Made by a program: the position numbers and the translations under genes. This document shows positions 1 through 14,815 of a stretch of 64,000 nucleotides of DNA, in pieces. The DNA lies in the NCBI GenBank assembly GCA_951406725.2, contig OX597832.1, positions 19,034,001 to 19,098,000 of the forward strand, written 5' to 3'. How positions within the stretch are numbered: position 1 is the first letter of the stretch; every line of letters starts with the position of its first letter. The notes under the pieces are model-generated. The model was not told the DNA's origin. It saw only the letters and a list, made by a program, of their open reading frames with translations, and did not search any database. Origin of the DNA: Octopus vulgaris (lineage: Eukaryota).

Positions 1-191
1 TCTGTGTGTGTCTGTATGATTCCTCTGTATGAGTTTTTGTTTGTGTATTTATTCTACTTTCAATTTCCGTTATATTTTCAGGTTTGCAATTATTATATGG
101 CTTCCTTAAAAAAATATAGAAATGGAAGTATTGATTTTACAAAGTACGCTACATGTAGCTGTTGTCGGTGTTGTAGTCATTTTTGTTGATG

Positions 192-192
192 A

Positions 193-255
<63 letters not shown>

Positions 256-263
256 CATTATTA
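192..263. repeat. (ATT)n microsatellite
   Basis: Direct tandem ATT repeats. Confidence 0.97.
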
Positions 264-466
264 CTGCAACGTTTGGTTGTTGTTTTAATATTAAAAACCG
301 TTTTTAGTTTAATATATATATAGAAGAAAAATTCATAAACAAGCATCGTCTATGAAGAGTTTCAGGGAATATTATTTTTTTGCATAACAGATATATATGC
401 ATATATAAGTGTGTAATCGTGTGTCTGTGTATACGTGTGGAGATCTTTTGCGTATGAGCCTGTGTA

Positions 467-467
<1 letters not shown>

Positions 468-523
<56 letters not shown>

Positions 524-536
524 TATATATACACAC

Positions 537-570
<34 letters not shown>

Positions 571-574
571 TCAG

Positions 575-605
<31 letters not shown>

Positions 606-640
606 CATACATACATATATGTATATATATATATATATAT
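468..640. repeat. (TA)n microsatellite, interrupted
   Basis: Direct tandem TA with C/G interruptions. Confidence 0.97.
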
Positions 641-1289
641 ACAAATATCTAAACACGTATAATATATCTAGATATACTATCTGTGCCTATGTATATATAA
701 GCATACAAACAGTCATACACACAAAACATTGTAAAGGAAGCTAAATCATTTGACTTCTGGTATTGCCTGCTTAGTTCGTTTCTGTTTACTTTCTGAAACA
801 TGATGTAAAGCTACTGTAGCACTACTATCGGTAATGGCAGAGCATATATATATAATTCTTATTTGAAAATAATAATAATTTATGTTTTCAAATTTAATAT
901 AATGGCAGCCCGATATAACTTCATCAGCGTTAGAAGGCAGATGAACATTAAAGTAAGCAAATTGTCATTATAGAACATCAAATGGCTACCAACGCGTCTA
1001 CTTGTAATATATTTGGTCGTTCATTCTGAGACGTTAGTGCAAATAGTGAAGATGAAGTGAACGACATGTTTTCGTTATGCATTATATGGTATTAACATTC
1101 AAGATTACTCATCAGATCGATCTGTTAGGTATAAATCTACCTTTTTGCACAGTTGGCAGTCTGTCCCTGTTACGATGCTAACTGAAATATCTATCAATTC
1201 TCTTCTCTCCAGCGAAATACATTGTCATCCTAAGTTTGTACTACGTAACAGATGTATGCATTTCAAATTTTTGGCACAAAGCCAGGAAT

Positions 1290-1440
1290 TTCAGGAAAGA
1301 GTTTTAGTCAATTACATCGACCCCAATGCTCAAATATTACTTATTTTATCCACCCCGAAATGATAAAAGGCATATACGATCTTGGTCAGAAGAAATGCCG
1401 CATTTTATCCGGCGTATTAACGATTTTACCTCCTCACTGT
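1290..1440 (-). mobile_element. Degenerate SINE family E copy
   Basis: Diverged match to the family E motif tagtcgattacatcgaccccag...ttatcgaccccgaaaggatgaaaggc seen at 17841-18073. Confidence 0.55.
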
Positions 1441-2636
1441 CTTAATCATAACAGATATATTAAGTTGATTTTTTTGTGCAGATTTACCTTTCTTAATCAA
1501 AGGTTTTCTGACGACAAAAGCAATTTTATAGTTCCTATTTACAATTTATTAGTTCCTATTATTATATTTTTCCTTTTTAAGCCAGATTTATTTTACAACG
1601 GGAATCATTACTACGAACACAAATGAGATTGTGCTTGCGTTGTTAAAATTATAAGTTTATATAAATTCATACCTTCTACAGGCACAATTATTTTATATAT
1701 CTCTCACTCACTCACTCTGTCACTCTCTGTCTCTTACTGTCTCTCTCTTTTTCTCACCGGCTCTCTCTTCTCCCGTTCTCTCTCCGCTTCTCTACGACAT
1801 ACGCACTCATACTTTGAACATAAAACATTTTCCTCTCATAAATCCACTAAAATTCTTGCATTAAAAAACCTTACCCATTAATCTGACTCTTTGCACGATA
1901 TCTTGTACTGTGCTAAGCTATTGTTTCAACGTAAGCTTATACTATGTCCGATAAACCTCCATGCCCCTTCTTTTGCATCCTAAACCTCCATACCCATTCT
2001 TTTGCACTCTACACTTCCACGCTAAACTACCCTTTCAACATTGTTGCATCTGAACAATCCGCTGAAAGATTTCGGACTTCAACATTTTATATAATTCATT
2101 CCCGTGAATAAAGAAGGAATTTCTGAAAGTTAAAAACAATTTATAAAAGCTATGATATGCATTCTCTTCTTTTGACGATGACTTTCTTCCTGTAGAATAA
2201 CACTCGTAGGGAAAGATATTTTCAATGATTAAAAATTTTTGAATCAAATTAATGTACAAACCACCAGTATATTCGCTTGATCAAAACGTTTTAAATTATT
2301 GACAATATTCCAACATACATAAATGCGCAGGTAAACACCCACATATGCACAAGCATATACATGTATCTCTGAACATATTTTCTCTAAATTACAGTAGGCT
2401 TAATAAGATATGCATTATTTTCTAAACACATTCTGCCACAAATATAACATAGGGAAAACAATGTAATTATTTTTGTTTCTAGTATTGATACAAATTTGTT
2501 AAAAATACTTTATCCTTTATGTGGGAAATCTAGAAAGGCAGTTTATTTCAAATTAATATAATGTTTTCAGTAATGGAGCAGCTGGAAACGGCCGTAATGT
2601 ATTGATAACTGGACATCCTTTTTACTCATCTATATT

Positions 2637-3083
<447 letters not shown>

Positions 3084-3249
3084 ATCACTTCAGTATTTCC
3101 GAGAATCGCATTTTGGGGGTTTGGGACGCACGATAAATTACTTTTGCCATTTTTGTGATCTTTTTAGCTTGTAGATTTTATTTCTGAATTAATTTTAATC
3201 GCTTTATAGAATATATTTTTGGTAAGGTTTTTTTATACAGTTTTAATGT

Positions 3250-3483
3250 TTCGTTTCTGATATACAATTAATGCTATATATGTCACGATCAGAAAGTGAA
3301 TTTCCAGGAATTTTGGTGTATAATTTGTTTTCCATTAATATGTTTTTTGTAGATTGCATTAACAGTGAATTATATCGGGTATGCATATATAAAATTTGAA
3401 TGAAACCGGTTGGGTACATTTCGAGTTTTAGGGATTCACACGTACAGACTGACACACATTCTCAGTTTGTTAATATATATATA
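3250..3483 (-). mobile_element. Non-autonomous Helitron 5' fragment
   Basis: Minus strand tatatatattaacaaactgagaatgtgtgtcagtctgt...aaccggtttcattcaaatttt resembles the 5' region of the Helitrons at 36975-37347 and 11290-11602. No 3' hairpin seen. Confidence 0.4.
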
Positions 3484-4094
3484 CATGAATATATACATAG
3501 ATACATCGATAGATAGATAGATTGATAGATAGATACATTTATACATAAATCACACACATATATAGCAAACTTTTATATCGTAATAAATCTAGTAATATTG
3601 ATATATATGAGTAATATAAGTGTGAAAGAAAAAAAGGCAGAGAAGAATATATTCTAACAAGACTTCCGGTGTAAAAATTTTATTATAAGAGTAATGTTCA
3701 ATTTTCTTTTTATGTGATAATGTTGAAAGAAAAATTATCAATGTATAAAAAATGGATAAAATTAAGACAACCAAATTACAATTGCCATTATACGACGCAT
3801 ATATAATATATGTAAATATTTTTTTCTTATATTCAAAAAAAAAAATTCTACATATATTTTGCCTTCTTTCGGAATCGTTCCTCTCTCAGACATTCAGTGC
3901 AGAAATCTGCTCTGCATATTTCTATAGCATTTCACATGTTATTTCGTTTCGGCTAATTCGTTCATCGATTAATGTTCGGTGCGAACTGATTTTTATATTT
4001 TTTTAAAAGATACTATAAATAGAATTATTATTTTATTCATCCTCATTTCACGTGGCATTCAAGCATGTCATTACAAAATTCCTATAGTATACCC

Positions 4095-4106
4095 TATCTA
4101 TCTATT

Positions 4107-4173
<67 letters not shown>

Positions 4174-4280
4174 GTATCTATATATATATATACCTATTTA
4201 TCTAGATAGATAGATAAATAGATAGATAGATAAATACATAGATAGATATATCTATGTATTTATCTATCTATCTATTTATC

Positions 4281-4343
<63 letters not shown>

Positions 4344-4366
4344 GTATTTATCTATCTATCTATTTA

Positions 4367-4424
<58 letters not shown>

Positions 4425-4425
4425 C

Positions 4426-4523
<98 letters not shown>

Positions 4524-4525
4524 CT
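4095..4525. repeat. Compound (TATC)n/(TAGA)n/(TA)n microsatellite
   Basis: Direct tandem repeats, with an inverted (TAGA)n block at about 4203-4250. Confidence 0.95.
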
Positions 4526-5364
4526 ATAAGTTTCTTAATCAGTCGTCAATAGATGCTATCGCACAAGTAGAATTTATTCGCTCGCACCCTTATACACACG
4601 CACACACACACATGTTCAATCACATTAAAATACCCCCATATCAAATATTCCTCATTTTCTCTCTCATGAATGGGCATTTATTTATCTTCTACCAATCATT
4701 TGCCACAACGGAATTATGTTTTAGCCATTGTATTTCTTCTTGTCATTTGCCATGTTATCCATTTGTAAGAAATTTGACTCTAACAAAACTGTTATGAAAG
4801 GTTATTAGATATGGGTGTGTAGATTTATGTGAGAGAGTATGATGTCTGTTGTATGTTTTCGTGCATATTTCTAGTTATTTTAGTAAGAGTAATGATAACA
4901 TTTTAAATATATGTCATAGGTTCACAAATATACCATTTCTAACTCAAGGTGAGAATTTTTGAACTGTCATCAGTTTCAACCATCGCCTTTCTTTCTTGCT
5001 TCCTTTCTATCTTAGTTTTTATCTAGTGAATCTTTCAAAAATAGATGGGTGAATGTAGCAAGGATGGCACATCTGAATGACCGAGCCAGCTTGAGCATAA
5101 TCCGATGAACCAAAAAAAGAAAAAAAAATGAAAAAAGAGAGCCACTTACTGTAGTGTGAACTTTTGATTGACACTTTTTCCCAAGGTTCCTGTGGTCTTT
5201 TCCGTAGGTTTTTCATTCCACGGATAAACCTAATCTCTTTTCCCTTTTTACATTGATATTTCTGTGATACACGATCCCTATTGATCGGCCTTTTGTTTTC
5301 CACGATCCCTTTTGATCGGACCTCGACCCACTTTTTTCTTTTTTTTCTTCTTTTTTTCTTCCCA

Positions 5365-7100
5365 AAAAGAGAAGCTTTACTTTGTATTTTGTACCCTCTG
5401 TGTTCAGCTCTGTGTTGCCAATAAAGAAGCATATCTTCCATTAATTTTTTCAAGATATTGCCCAGCTCTATTATCACAAGTACCCTTCATTATCCAGGTC
5501 TCCCATTCGCTCTCAGCTTGACAATTCTACGTCCTTTAATCTGCTCTTCCCCTCTCACCGTTTTAAAGTGAGCACTCCACATTTCGAGATGCCAAATTCC
5601 TTTCCTATATGCTAGACATCTGTAAAGTCTCAACCAGCATCTCCATTTCAATATCTGTTTTTGGCAACGAGCTTAAATCATCCATGAAGAGACAGTGCTT
5701 GGGACAAGCTCGATTCTTCCTCAGCATGTAGTGCGCATTGTTTTAGGGTAGACTTTCGAATCAAGGATATAACAAATATCGAAGGTGAACAAGAATCTCC
5801 CTAGAAGACACCAATCTTGATTGTTACCACAGCTAATTGCTGGTTATTACAGAAAAGTGATGTTCTCCAACTGGACATTCTATTCCTGATTGATGTACGC
5901 ACATTCTCAGCTTCTCCACACATGTCGAGTGTTTCCAGAAGCAGCGAATGTGGCAACATACCATAAACTTTAAAGTCTATTCAGTTCATGCACATGTTTC
6001 TTTTGACATTGTTTGCAGTTCTCCATTACATCCTTCTCTATCATAAGTTGCTCCTTGCTTCCTTTGGATCCTTTCCGGCATCACATTTTTTCTAGTGAAA
6101 GTAGCCTAGTTTCCGCAAGGAATGTATTTATTTTCGTGGGGAGGATGTCTGTTAACACTTTCCGTAAGAGCAATGTTTCAGTAAACACCAATATCATTAT
6201 CATTTGTGCGATCTTTCATCAGCAATTTTGTCTTTTGCTCTACCATCCATTCTGGAACCGCACTATTCTGTAGGCAATCGTGTAATTTCAAACCGATTCG
6301 TTCCTGTGCTAACCTAAACAACTTGAGGCAATAACACTGGATTCTATCTGGACCTGTTGCTCTCCAGTTTGGCAGGGTCGAAACTTGTGCAATTACAACT
6401 CCCGTTATCATTCATATATCAACCTGCTTTGAATCCTCAGGGCGCCCGAGCTTGGATCTCATGGAATGAATCCACTCAGCAACGTGGTTGTGGGAAACGT
6501 CTTGCCGCCAGATGTTATTCCAAAATTGGTATGTCTCCTCTGCTTCAGGATCTATGTTGTCTACTTGGTTTCCACCCAAGCTCTTAGAAAAACTGCTTCT
6601 GGTTATATGTGAATATCCAGTTTTGTTGGAACTGCTATATATTTCAGTGCAGCGTTGCACCTTCAATACTTTTGTTTGAATGCCTTGTTTCAAGGTTTCG
6701 TTGATAGTTTCTAACTTCTTTTTTTTTCCACCTGATATGTCATTTCAAGTTATGCCTTCACACATTCTTTAATATGTTTTCATTGAACTTTGGATGATTT
6801 CTCTCTGTGACTCAGATCTTTACACATGGTCTTGATACCACTTTCAATTCTTCGTTTCTACCATGGTTATTTCCGTCCGGCTGATTTCCTGTATTTTCTT
6901 CCAACCAGTTCACCAATAAAAACTAAAGAACATCTCATCGAGTTCCCTCTTTCCGATAGATCTCCCTTTGGAATACAGTTCAGGATTCTATCATTCTTTT
7001 GGTCGCTCGATTCTCACTATAACTGTCGATACGTTATAAATTCAACGGTTCGATCTTTCCTTTTATAATGATTATTTCTTCGAGTCTTATCATTAGGGCC
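5365..7100 (-). mobile_element. R4/Dong-clade non-LTR retrotransposon, decayed reverse transcriptase region
   Basis: Minus-strand pieces KRRIES, ETLKQGIQTK, FWNNIW, LPNWRATGPDRIQ, VPEWM, GVF*GDSCSP (GIFQGDSLSP motif) and HCLFMDDLK (RT catalytic FMDD at about 5677-5688). Many stops and frameshifts. Confidence 0.85.
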
Positions 7101-7385
7101 CTCTGTTCCTCAGTCATGTCCTCTGGTAATACAGGGTCCCCTACATTATATTGATTCCATCCTATTTTCCCTCAAAAGAGACTTTACTAAAATTTCACCT
7201 TGCTTACCCATCTGTTGACCTTCATCTGTCTATTATCTTTCTCTATTTTCCTGGTGTAGCAGGCAGAATTGTTCTCGAGCCGCAGAAACGATTAGCTTTT
7301 CATTTTTCGGAGTTGATAACTGAGTACCAATTTAACATTGGTAATCAACTTAGTCTCTCTCCCAAAACCAGCTAGCTTTTGAAAA

Positions 7386-7386
<1 letters not shown>

Positions 7387-7463
<77 letters not shown>

Positions 7464-7489
7464 CATCATCATCATCATCATCATCATCG

Positions 7490-7544
<55 letters not shown>

Positions 7545-7638
7545 CATCGTCATCTTCATATTCAGTATCAACATCATCATCGTCATTATTATTATTGTCA
7601 TCCTATCATCATCATCATCATCATTATTATTATTATTG

Positions 7639-7714
<76 letters not shown>

Positions 7715-7730
7715 CATCATCATTATCATT
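7387..7730. repeat. Compound (TTA)n/(TCA)n microsatellite
   Basis: Direct tandem trinucleotide repeats. Confidence 0.97.
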
Positions 7731-8246
7731 GAGAGAACAGTACATGCTATCAAAGTAACACTAGGGTAAACTATACACGTCATGATAAGGGTACACCAGG
7801 CACATGCATCACAACCATAAGTGCACATACATGGTGATCTCACATCAAGATAAACAACGCATGACCTTGCAGTTGGGGCCCAGTTAGAATTTTTCATGTG
7901 GTCGAGTAACCCATCCCACTCAAAAAGTCCCTGAATAATAATTGTTTAAGGATGTTGAACGAACTACCCATGTTTCCAAAGGTGAATTGTCCAAACCTCG
8001 AAGAATACCTTTCAAAACACGGCTATGATGCTCTCCCACTACTTCTGTTCGAGATCAAAGATGCTCATATCGTCAACCACCAAAGGACATGCTCAACTGG
8101 TTAATGTCAAACAACTGACAAGCAAATCTGTGGTATTGCGCAGAATATTTGCTGTAGCCCTTCTTTTATACCAAAACAAAACAATGTACATGATAACTCT
8201 TAGAATCAGTTAAGACCATAAATCATGAGAGCCGCTGCATCAGGGA

Positions 8247-8248
<2 letters not shown>
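7731..8248 (-). mobile_element. About 520 bp non-coding interspersed repeat embedded in (TTA)n (copy 1)
   Basis: Colinear with 41187-41730 (e.g. catggtgatctcacatcaagataaaca, cagaatatttgctgtagccc). Flanked by (TTA)n on both sides. Strand inferred from the (TAA)n tail. Confidence 0.75.
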
Positions 8249-8298
<50 letters not shown>

Positions 8299-8337
8299 GT
8301 TATTATTATTATTATTATTACTATTATTACTATTATT

Positions 8338-8550
8338 CATTCGAAAAACACAGTGTCGGTAAAAAATGCCCCGGAGGCTTTAGTCATCTGTCAAGTGACA
8401 ACAAGGACCTCAGACACATAATACTTTACTTAAGGTGTGCATTGTGCCCAAAAAGGCTGCTTTTTTGCAAAGCATCAATCTTGCATGGGATTTCCAGTTA
8501 CCTTAAGATGTCTTGAAGTTTCAACCCGTCGCTCCGATCACCAGTGGTAT
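8338..8550 (-). mobile_element. R4/Dong-clade 3' terminal fragment (5'-truncated)
   Basis: Minus strand encodes IPLVIGATG...LEIPCKIDALQK..FLGTMHTLSKVLCV*, homologous to the C-terminus at 40489-40650. Short 3' UTR, then (TAA)n. Confidence 0.7.
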
Positions 8551-9187
<637 letters not shown>

Positions 9188-9525
9188 GACGTTCTATCCA
9201 TGTGCGGAATACGTATTTGATGTTTTGCCGAACCGTCTTCAGCATGAGCAATCACATTGATTGCAGCAGGTGCTTCCATACAATTCTCAAAAGGCTAAAC
9301 ATATGAAATCTGATATAAATTTGATAATAATCAATAAAACAGAGAATTTTTTTTTCATATGAATATTGACTTTTTTTTTCATCTTTTATTATATTTTTCA
9401 TGTCATCTTTTTCACCCAGAAATTCTTTCTATTTTTTGTCATATATTTATAATATTTTACTATATGCATTTATTCATTTCTTTTTCATTCATCGTATTTG
9501 CGCTTTCTTTCACTGATTTTTCATG

Positions 9526-9588
<63 letters not shown>

Positions 9589-9862
9589 TATGGATATGGA
9601 TATTTATTTGTGTGTGTGTTTGTGTGTGCATGAGTCTACATATATATGTGTGACTGTGTGCATATGTATACGTGGATATTTAGTGAAAATTCACATATAA
9701 AATGTATATCATGATAGATGCGTACACATATATACATATATCTATATTCTTATATGCCTATGCACGTAGACAGGCATGAAGGTAATCTTACACAAAATTT
9801 CAGAGACATATATAGCTTTACGTGTATGAGAATGCATACTTATGCATGCGTTGCATGCATAC

Positions 9863-10032
<170 letters not shown>

Positions 10033-10074
10033 ATAATACATACATATTTGTGTGCGTATTTTTTATTCTTTTAT

Positions 10075-10212
10075 TTCTTTTAGTTACTTGACTGCGGCCA
10101 TGCTGGAGAACCGCGTTTAGTCAAACAATCGATCGAACCCCCGTACTTACTTTTTGTAAGACTAGTACTTTCTTCATCGGTTTCTTTTGACAAACCGCTA
10201 AGTTACTGGAAC
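10075..10212 (-). mobile_element. SINE family A, 3' fragment
   Basis: ttgactgcggccatgctggag...aaccgctaagttac matches the 3' part of 36016-36438. Confidence 0.75.
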
Positions 10213-10589
10213 GAAATATACGAATGCCTACCGAAGTTCCACTTGTGGATCTATTCCTAGAAGTTAAGAAAATGGATTCTTAAATGTGGTTTCTTTCCCG
10301 TGACCTGACACAACTGGAGTAGGAAAATAGAGCCAAACACTACTTTTGGATTAGTTTTTTTTACATGTTGAAATATCTTCTATCTTGACCATCATGTTAA
10401 TATCCAAAACGATAAACTCGGGCAATGATTTGTGATGTTACAGCTTTTCCATATTCAAAGGCATGTGTGCATGTTTGTGTTTATATGTCTCTCTCTATTC
10501 TATCTTACTTTTTCACTCACTCTTTCACCTACTCTCTCATTCTATCCCCCTTTCTCTCTCCCTATATATATAGAGATAGATAGATAGAT

Positions 10590-10688
10590 ACATACATACA
10601 TACATGCATATATACATATATACATACGTACATACACACATACATACATACATACATACATACATACATACATACATACATACATACA

Positions 10689-10719
<31 letters not shown>

Positions 10720-10945
10720 GTGATGGCCGTCCACTCGTGACCTGAGGAAAACCATTGCCGACCTACAGGAACATTGTGCGCTCTAGGACTAACTTATATT
10801 TTACATTTGCGGCTCCGTTGGTGGCTAATGGGCCCTGCTCTTGACAAGCTTACACGACTGCAAACATTGCAGACCAAGCTTTCCCCATTCACTATACGAG
10901 CCGTGCGCTTCGCGCAACTCACTTAAGTTCTTCATGCTGGATACG
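10590..10945 (-). mobile_element. RTE-clade (BovB-like) LINE 3' end with (TATG)n tail
   Basis: Minus strand encodes VNGESLVCNVCSRVSLSRAGPISHQRSRKCKI*, resembling the C-terminal C2H2-like motif of RTE ORFs. Short 3' UTR, then (TATG)n. Confidence 0.65.
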
Positions 10946-10986
10946 TATTCTCTCATACATACATACATACATACATACATATAAGC

Positions 10987-11284
10987 AAAGGCGTGAGTGT
11001 GTAGCAAGAAGCTTGCTTGTCGACCACATGATTCTGGATGAGTGTCGTCTAATATAGCCTCGAACCTACAAAGGCATTGAAAGAAGCATATCCTATATAT
11101 ATGCATATATTTATGTATTTGTGTCTGTAATAGTGTATTTACGTCTGCTGAACCTAGCGGTTCGGTATAACAACCGATAGAATAAGTGCTAATATTACAA
11201 AATAAATTAAGAGATTGATTTCTTCGACTAAAAGGTTTTACCCCAGCATGGCCCCAGTCAGATGACTTAGACATACAAAAGAAT
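10987..11284 (+). mobile_element. SINE family A, old degenerate copy
   Basis: Diverged head, tatagcctcg, ctagcggttcgg..accgatagaataagt and ccagcatggccccagtc blocks in the expected order. Confidence 0.65.
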
Positions 11285-11289
11285 ATATA

Positions 11290-11602
11290 TGTATATATAT
11301 AAATATTATGTAGCATCCGTTCTGTCTGTCTGCGTGTGTGTCTTCTAGAATCTCGGTGATCCTCCATTTGATTGCGCTCAAATTCGATATGTAGATACCG
11401 ACGGAATCAGGGCGTGTATAAATTTTGAAAAAATACAAAAATCGATAAAGCCGTAGAAAGTGCATTTGTGCACGTAAGTACATCCGCTGTTGCGATCTAA
11501 TTACTGGTACTTTAAACTCTTCGGTTGCATATTTGTGTGAATAACCGTTTTTCTTTGGAATAGAACTCAGCACCGTCCATTGGACGGGTGACGTTTTGCT
11601 CG
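11290..11602 (+). mobile_element. Non-autonomous Helitron
   Basis: TA-rich 5' start followed by ttctgtctgtctgcgtgtg. Subterminal hairpin ccgtcca-t-tggacgg (11573-11587) lies 11 nt before a CTCG end (CTRR-like) followed by T. Confidence 0.6.
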
Positions 11603-11993
11603 TATACACATATAGACAGTCATCGAAACTCATATAGATATACACGTTGATTGATACATATATAGAAAGATAGATTGACAAGTAAACATAGAAACTTACG
11701 TATGTGGATGTGTGGGTGTCTGCGTGTGCGTGTATGCATGTATACATACTGCTGTGTGTGTGATTGCATCTCTATGGAACGATATATTGAGGAGAGAGAC
11801 AAAGAAAGACAGAAACAGAAATGCACATGGCCAAAATTGTTACACAAATACTTTCAAATTCTGCAGTTATATATCTATGCTGATATACGTGTAAATATAC
11901 ATATCCGTGGATGCGCATCTAAATATTCAAAATTGAGTTTGAATTATGCATCATTGCTTATGTCTGTGCGTATATCTGCCTTTCGGTTTAGTA

Positions 11994-12397
11994 TTACTCT
12001 TATTACTCTTTACTTGTTTCAGTCATTTGACTGCGGCCATACAGGAGCACCGCCTTTAATCGAGCAAATCAACCCCGGGACTTATTCTTTGTAAGCCCAG
12101 TACTTATTCTATCGGTTTCTTTTGCCGAACCGCTAAGAAACGGGGACATAAACACACCAGCAACGGTTGTCAAGAAATGCTAGCGGGACAAACACAGACA
12201 CACAAACACACACACGCATATATATACATATATACGACGGTCTTCTTTCAGTTTCCATCTACCAAATCCATTCACAAGGCATTGGTTGGCCCGAGGCTAT
12301 ACTAGAAGACACTTGCCCAAGGTGCCACGCAGTGGGACTGAACCCGGTACCATGTGGCTGCTAAACAAGCTACTTACCACACAGCCACTCCTGCGCC
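11994..12397 (-). mobile_element. SINE family A, full length (tRNA-like head, internal TA/TG microsatellite, (TAAAAGAG)n tail)
   Basis: Head ggcgcaggagtggctgtgtggtaag with A/B-box-like motifs. Near-identical to 36016-36438 and 39475-39908. Confidence 0.92.
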
Positions 12398-12786
12398 TAT
12401 AAACAGTTTTATATAAGCACTTGTCCTCAAGTATTTATGTTTTATGCAAAGTTCGACAGATACACGGGTGTTCTTTGCAAAAATGCGTTTCCGCTGTTAT
12501 GGAAGGTAACGTTTAAATACACATATACACTCGCATATTTCTTTCACGCAAATACCCATGCCCATGTGCTTCATACATACACACATTTAAAAGAAAAACT
12601 ACAAAGTACCAACATATGTTCAATGTTCTCAGGGTCATACATCGATGACCTCCACCGAAAGAGAGCTAAACATCCACATCAATAAAAAAAACGTTATATA
12701 CATGTCTGTGTGCGTATGTATGAGTGCAATCCTGTCCATATGCATTTACATGTATAAATGTATGTATGTACGTATGTATGTATATG

Positions 12787-13304
<518 letters not shown>

Positions 13305-13640
13305 ATATACTTGTGTTTATTACTTCAAAATGTAGATTTGTCGTAAGTGTACCATGTATGTTTGAATATGTAATGTGTTTGTGTTAGTATGTGTGCGTGT
13401 GTATGAGATTGTGCGCTTGCGTATGTGTAGGATGTGCGGTCGCACAAACGCACGATACATTCATTAAGAATCTTCTGGAATATGAATGAGTGAAGAGGCC
13501 AGTGGGAAATTAACATCCGGGTTTGATTTTATTGGGATTACTTTCTCGACCAGGAACATATAAAGAATGATTTTTTTGTTTTATTTATTTTACTTTTGCT
13601 GTTCAAGTTTTCTTATTATTTCCTCCACATCCTCATCGTC

Positions 13641-13972
13641 CTTCTTCTTCTTCTTCTTCTTCTTCTTCTTCTTCTTCTTCTTCTTCTTCTTCTTCTTCTT
13701 CTTCTTCTTCTTCTTCTTTTTCTTCTTCTTCTTCTTCCACCTTCTTCTTCTTCCTATTCTTCTTCTTCTTCTTCTCCTTATTCTTCCTCCTTCTTCTCTC
13801 TTCCACCTTCTTCTTCTTCTTTTTCTTTTTCTCTCTTCCACCTTCTTCTTCTTCTTTTTCTTTTTCTCTCTTCCACCTTCTTCTTCTTCTTCTTCTTCTT
13901 CTTCCTCCTTCTCTATTCCACCTTTTTCTTCTTCTTCTTCTTCTTCTTCTTCTTCTTCTTCTTCTTCTTCTT

Positions 13973-14018
<46 letters not shown>

Positions 14019-14120
14019 CACTTCTTCTTCTTCTTCTTTTCTTGTTGTTGTTGTTGTTCTTCTTCTTCTTTTCTTTTTTCTTTTTGTTCTTCTTGTTCTT
14101 GTTCTTCTTTTTCTTCTTCT
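13641..14120. repeat. (CTT)n/(CTA)n/(GTT)n compound microsatellite
   Basis: Long polypyrimidine trinucleotide tract. Confidence 0.96.
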
Positions 14121-14388
14121 TTATGGTCTTAATATTATTTTCATTCTTTATCGTCTCCCTTTTCGTTTCTCATCTTCATCTTCCTGTTGTTTTTCTCGCT
14201 TTTATCACCTTCACCAAACTCGTCGTCATCGTCATCATCATACTTAACAATATTTTCGTCAACATCATCATCATCATCATTGAATAATGTTGTCGATGCC
14301 ATTTGTCGTTATTGATGATGTTGTTTTTGTTACTATTGTTGCAGCTGCTGTTGTTATTGTTTTTATTATCTTGAATTTTACCTGTGCC

Positions 14389-14656
<268 letters not shown>

Positions 14657-14658
<2 letters not shown>

Positions 14659-14815
14659 ACAAGACAGATTCCACATAGTGGACCTTTGGACTCATGTGCG
14701 TCAAAATCCCGAATTTCTTGTTTTCCCACTCGATGAATGTGCAGACAATACCCCAGACCAAACAAGAGCTATGAAGGAAAGCTCGTTTACTAAAAATACA
14801 AACTACTACTGTACA
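14657..14815 (+). mobile_element. Penelope-like element GIY-YIG C-terminal remnant
   Basis: [15 protein letters not shown], then [31 protein letters not shown], homologous to the C-terminal half of 2733-3083. Starts at a (TG)n tract. Confidence 0.6.

Noticed and set aside
1141-1181. 41-nt minus-strand mini-exon (SIVTGTDCQLCKK)
   Set aside because: Weak donor (gtagat) and no supporting neighbours.
4925-4980. Minus-strand CTGATGA...GAAA-tggta motif
   Set aside because: No convincing stem I or stem III.
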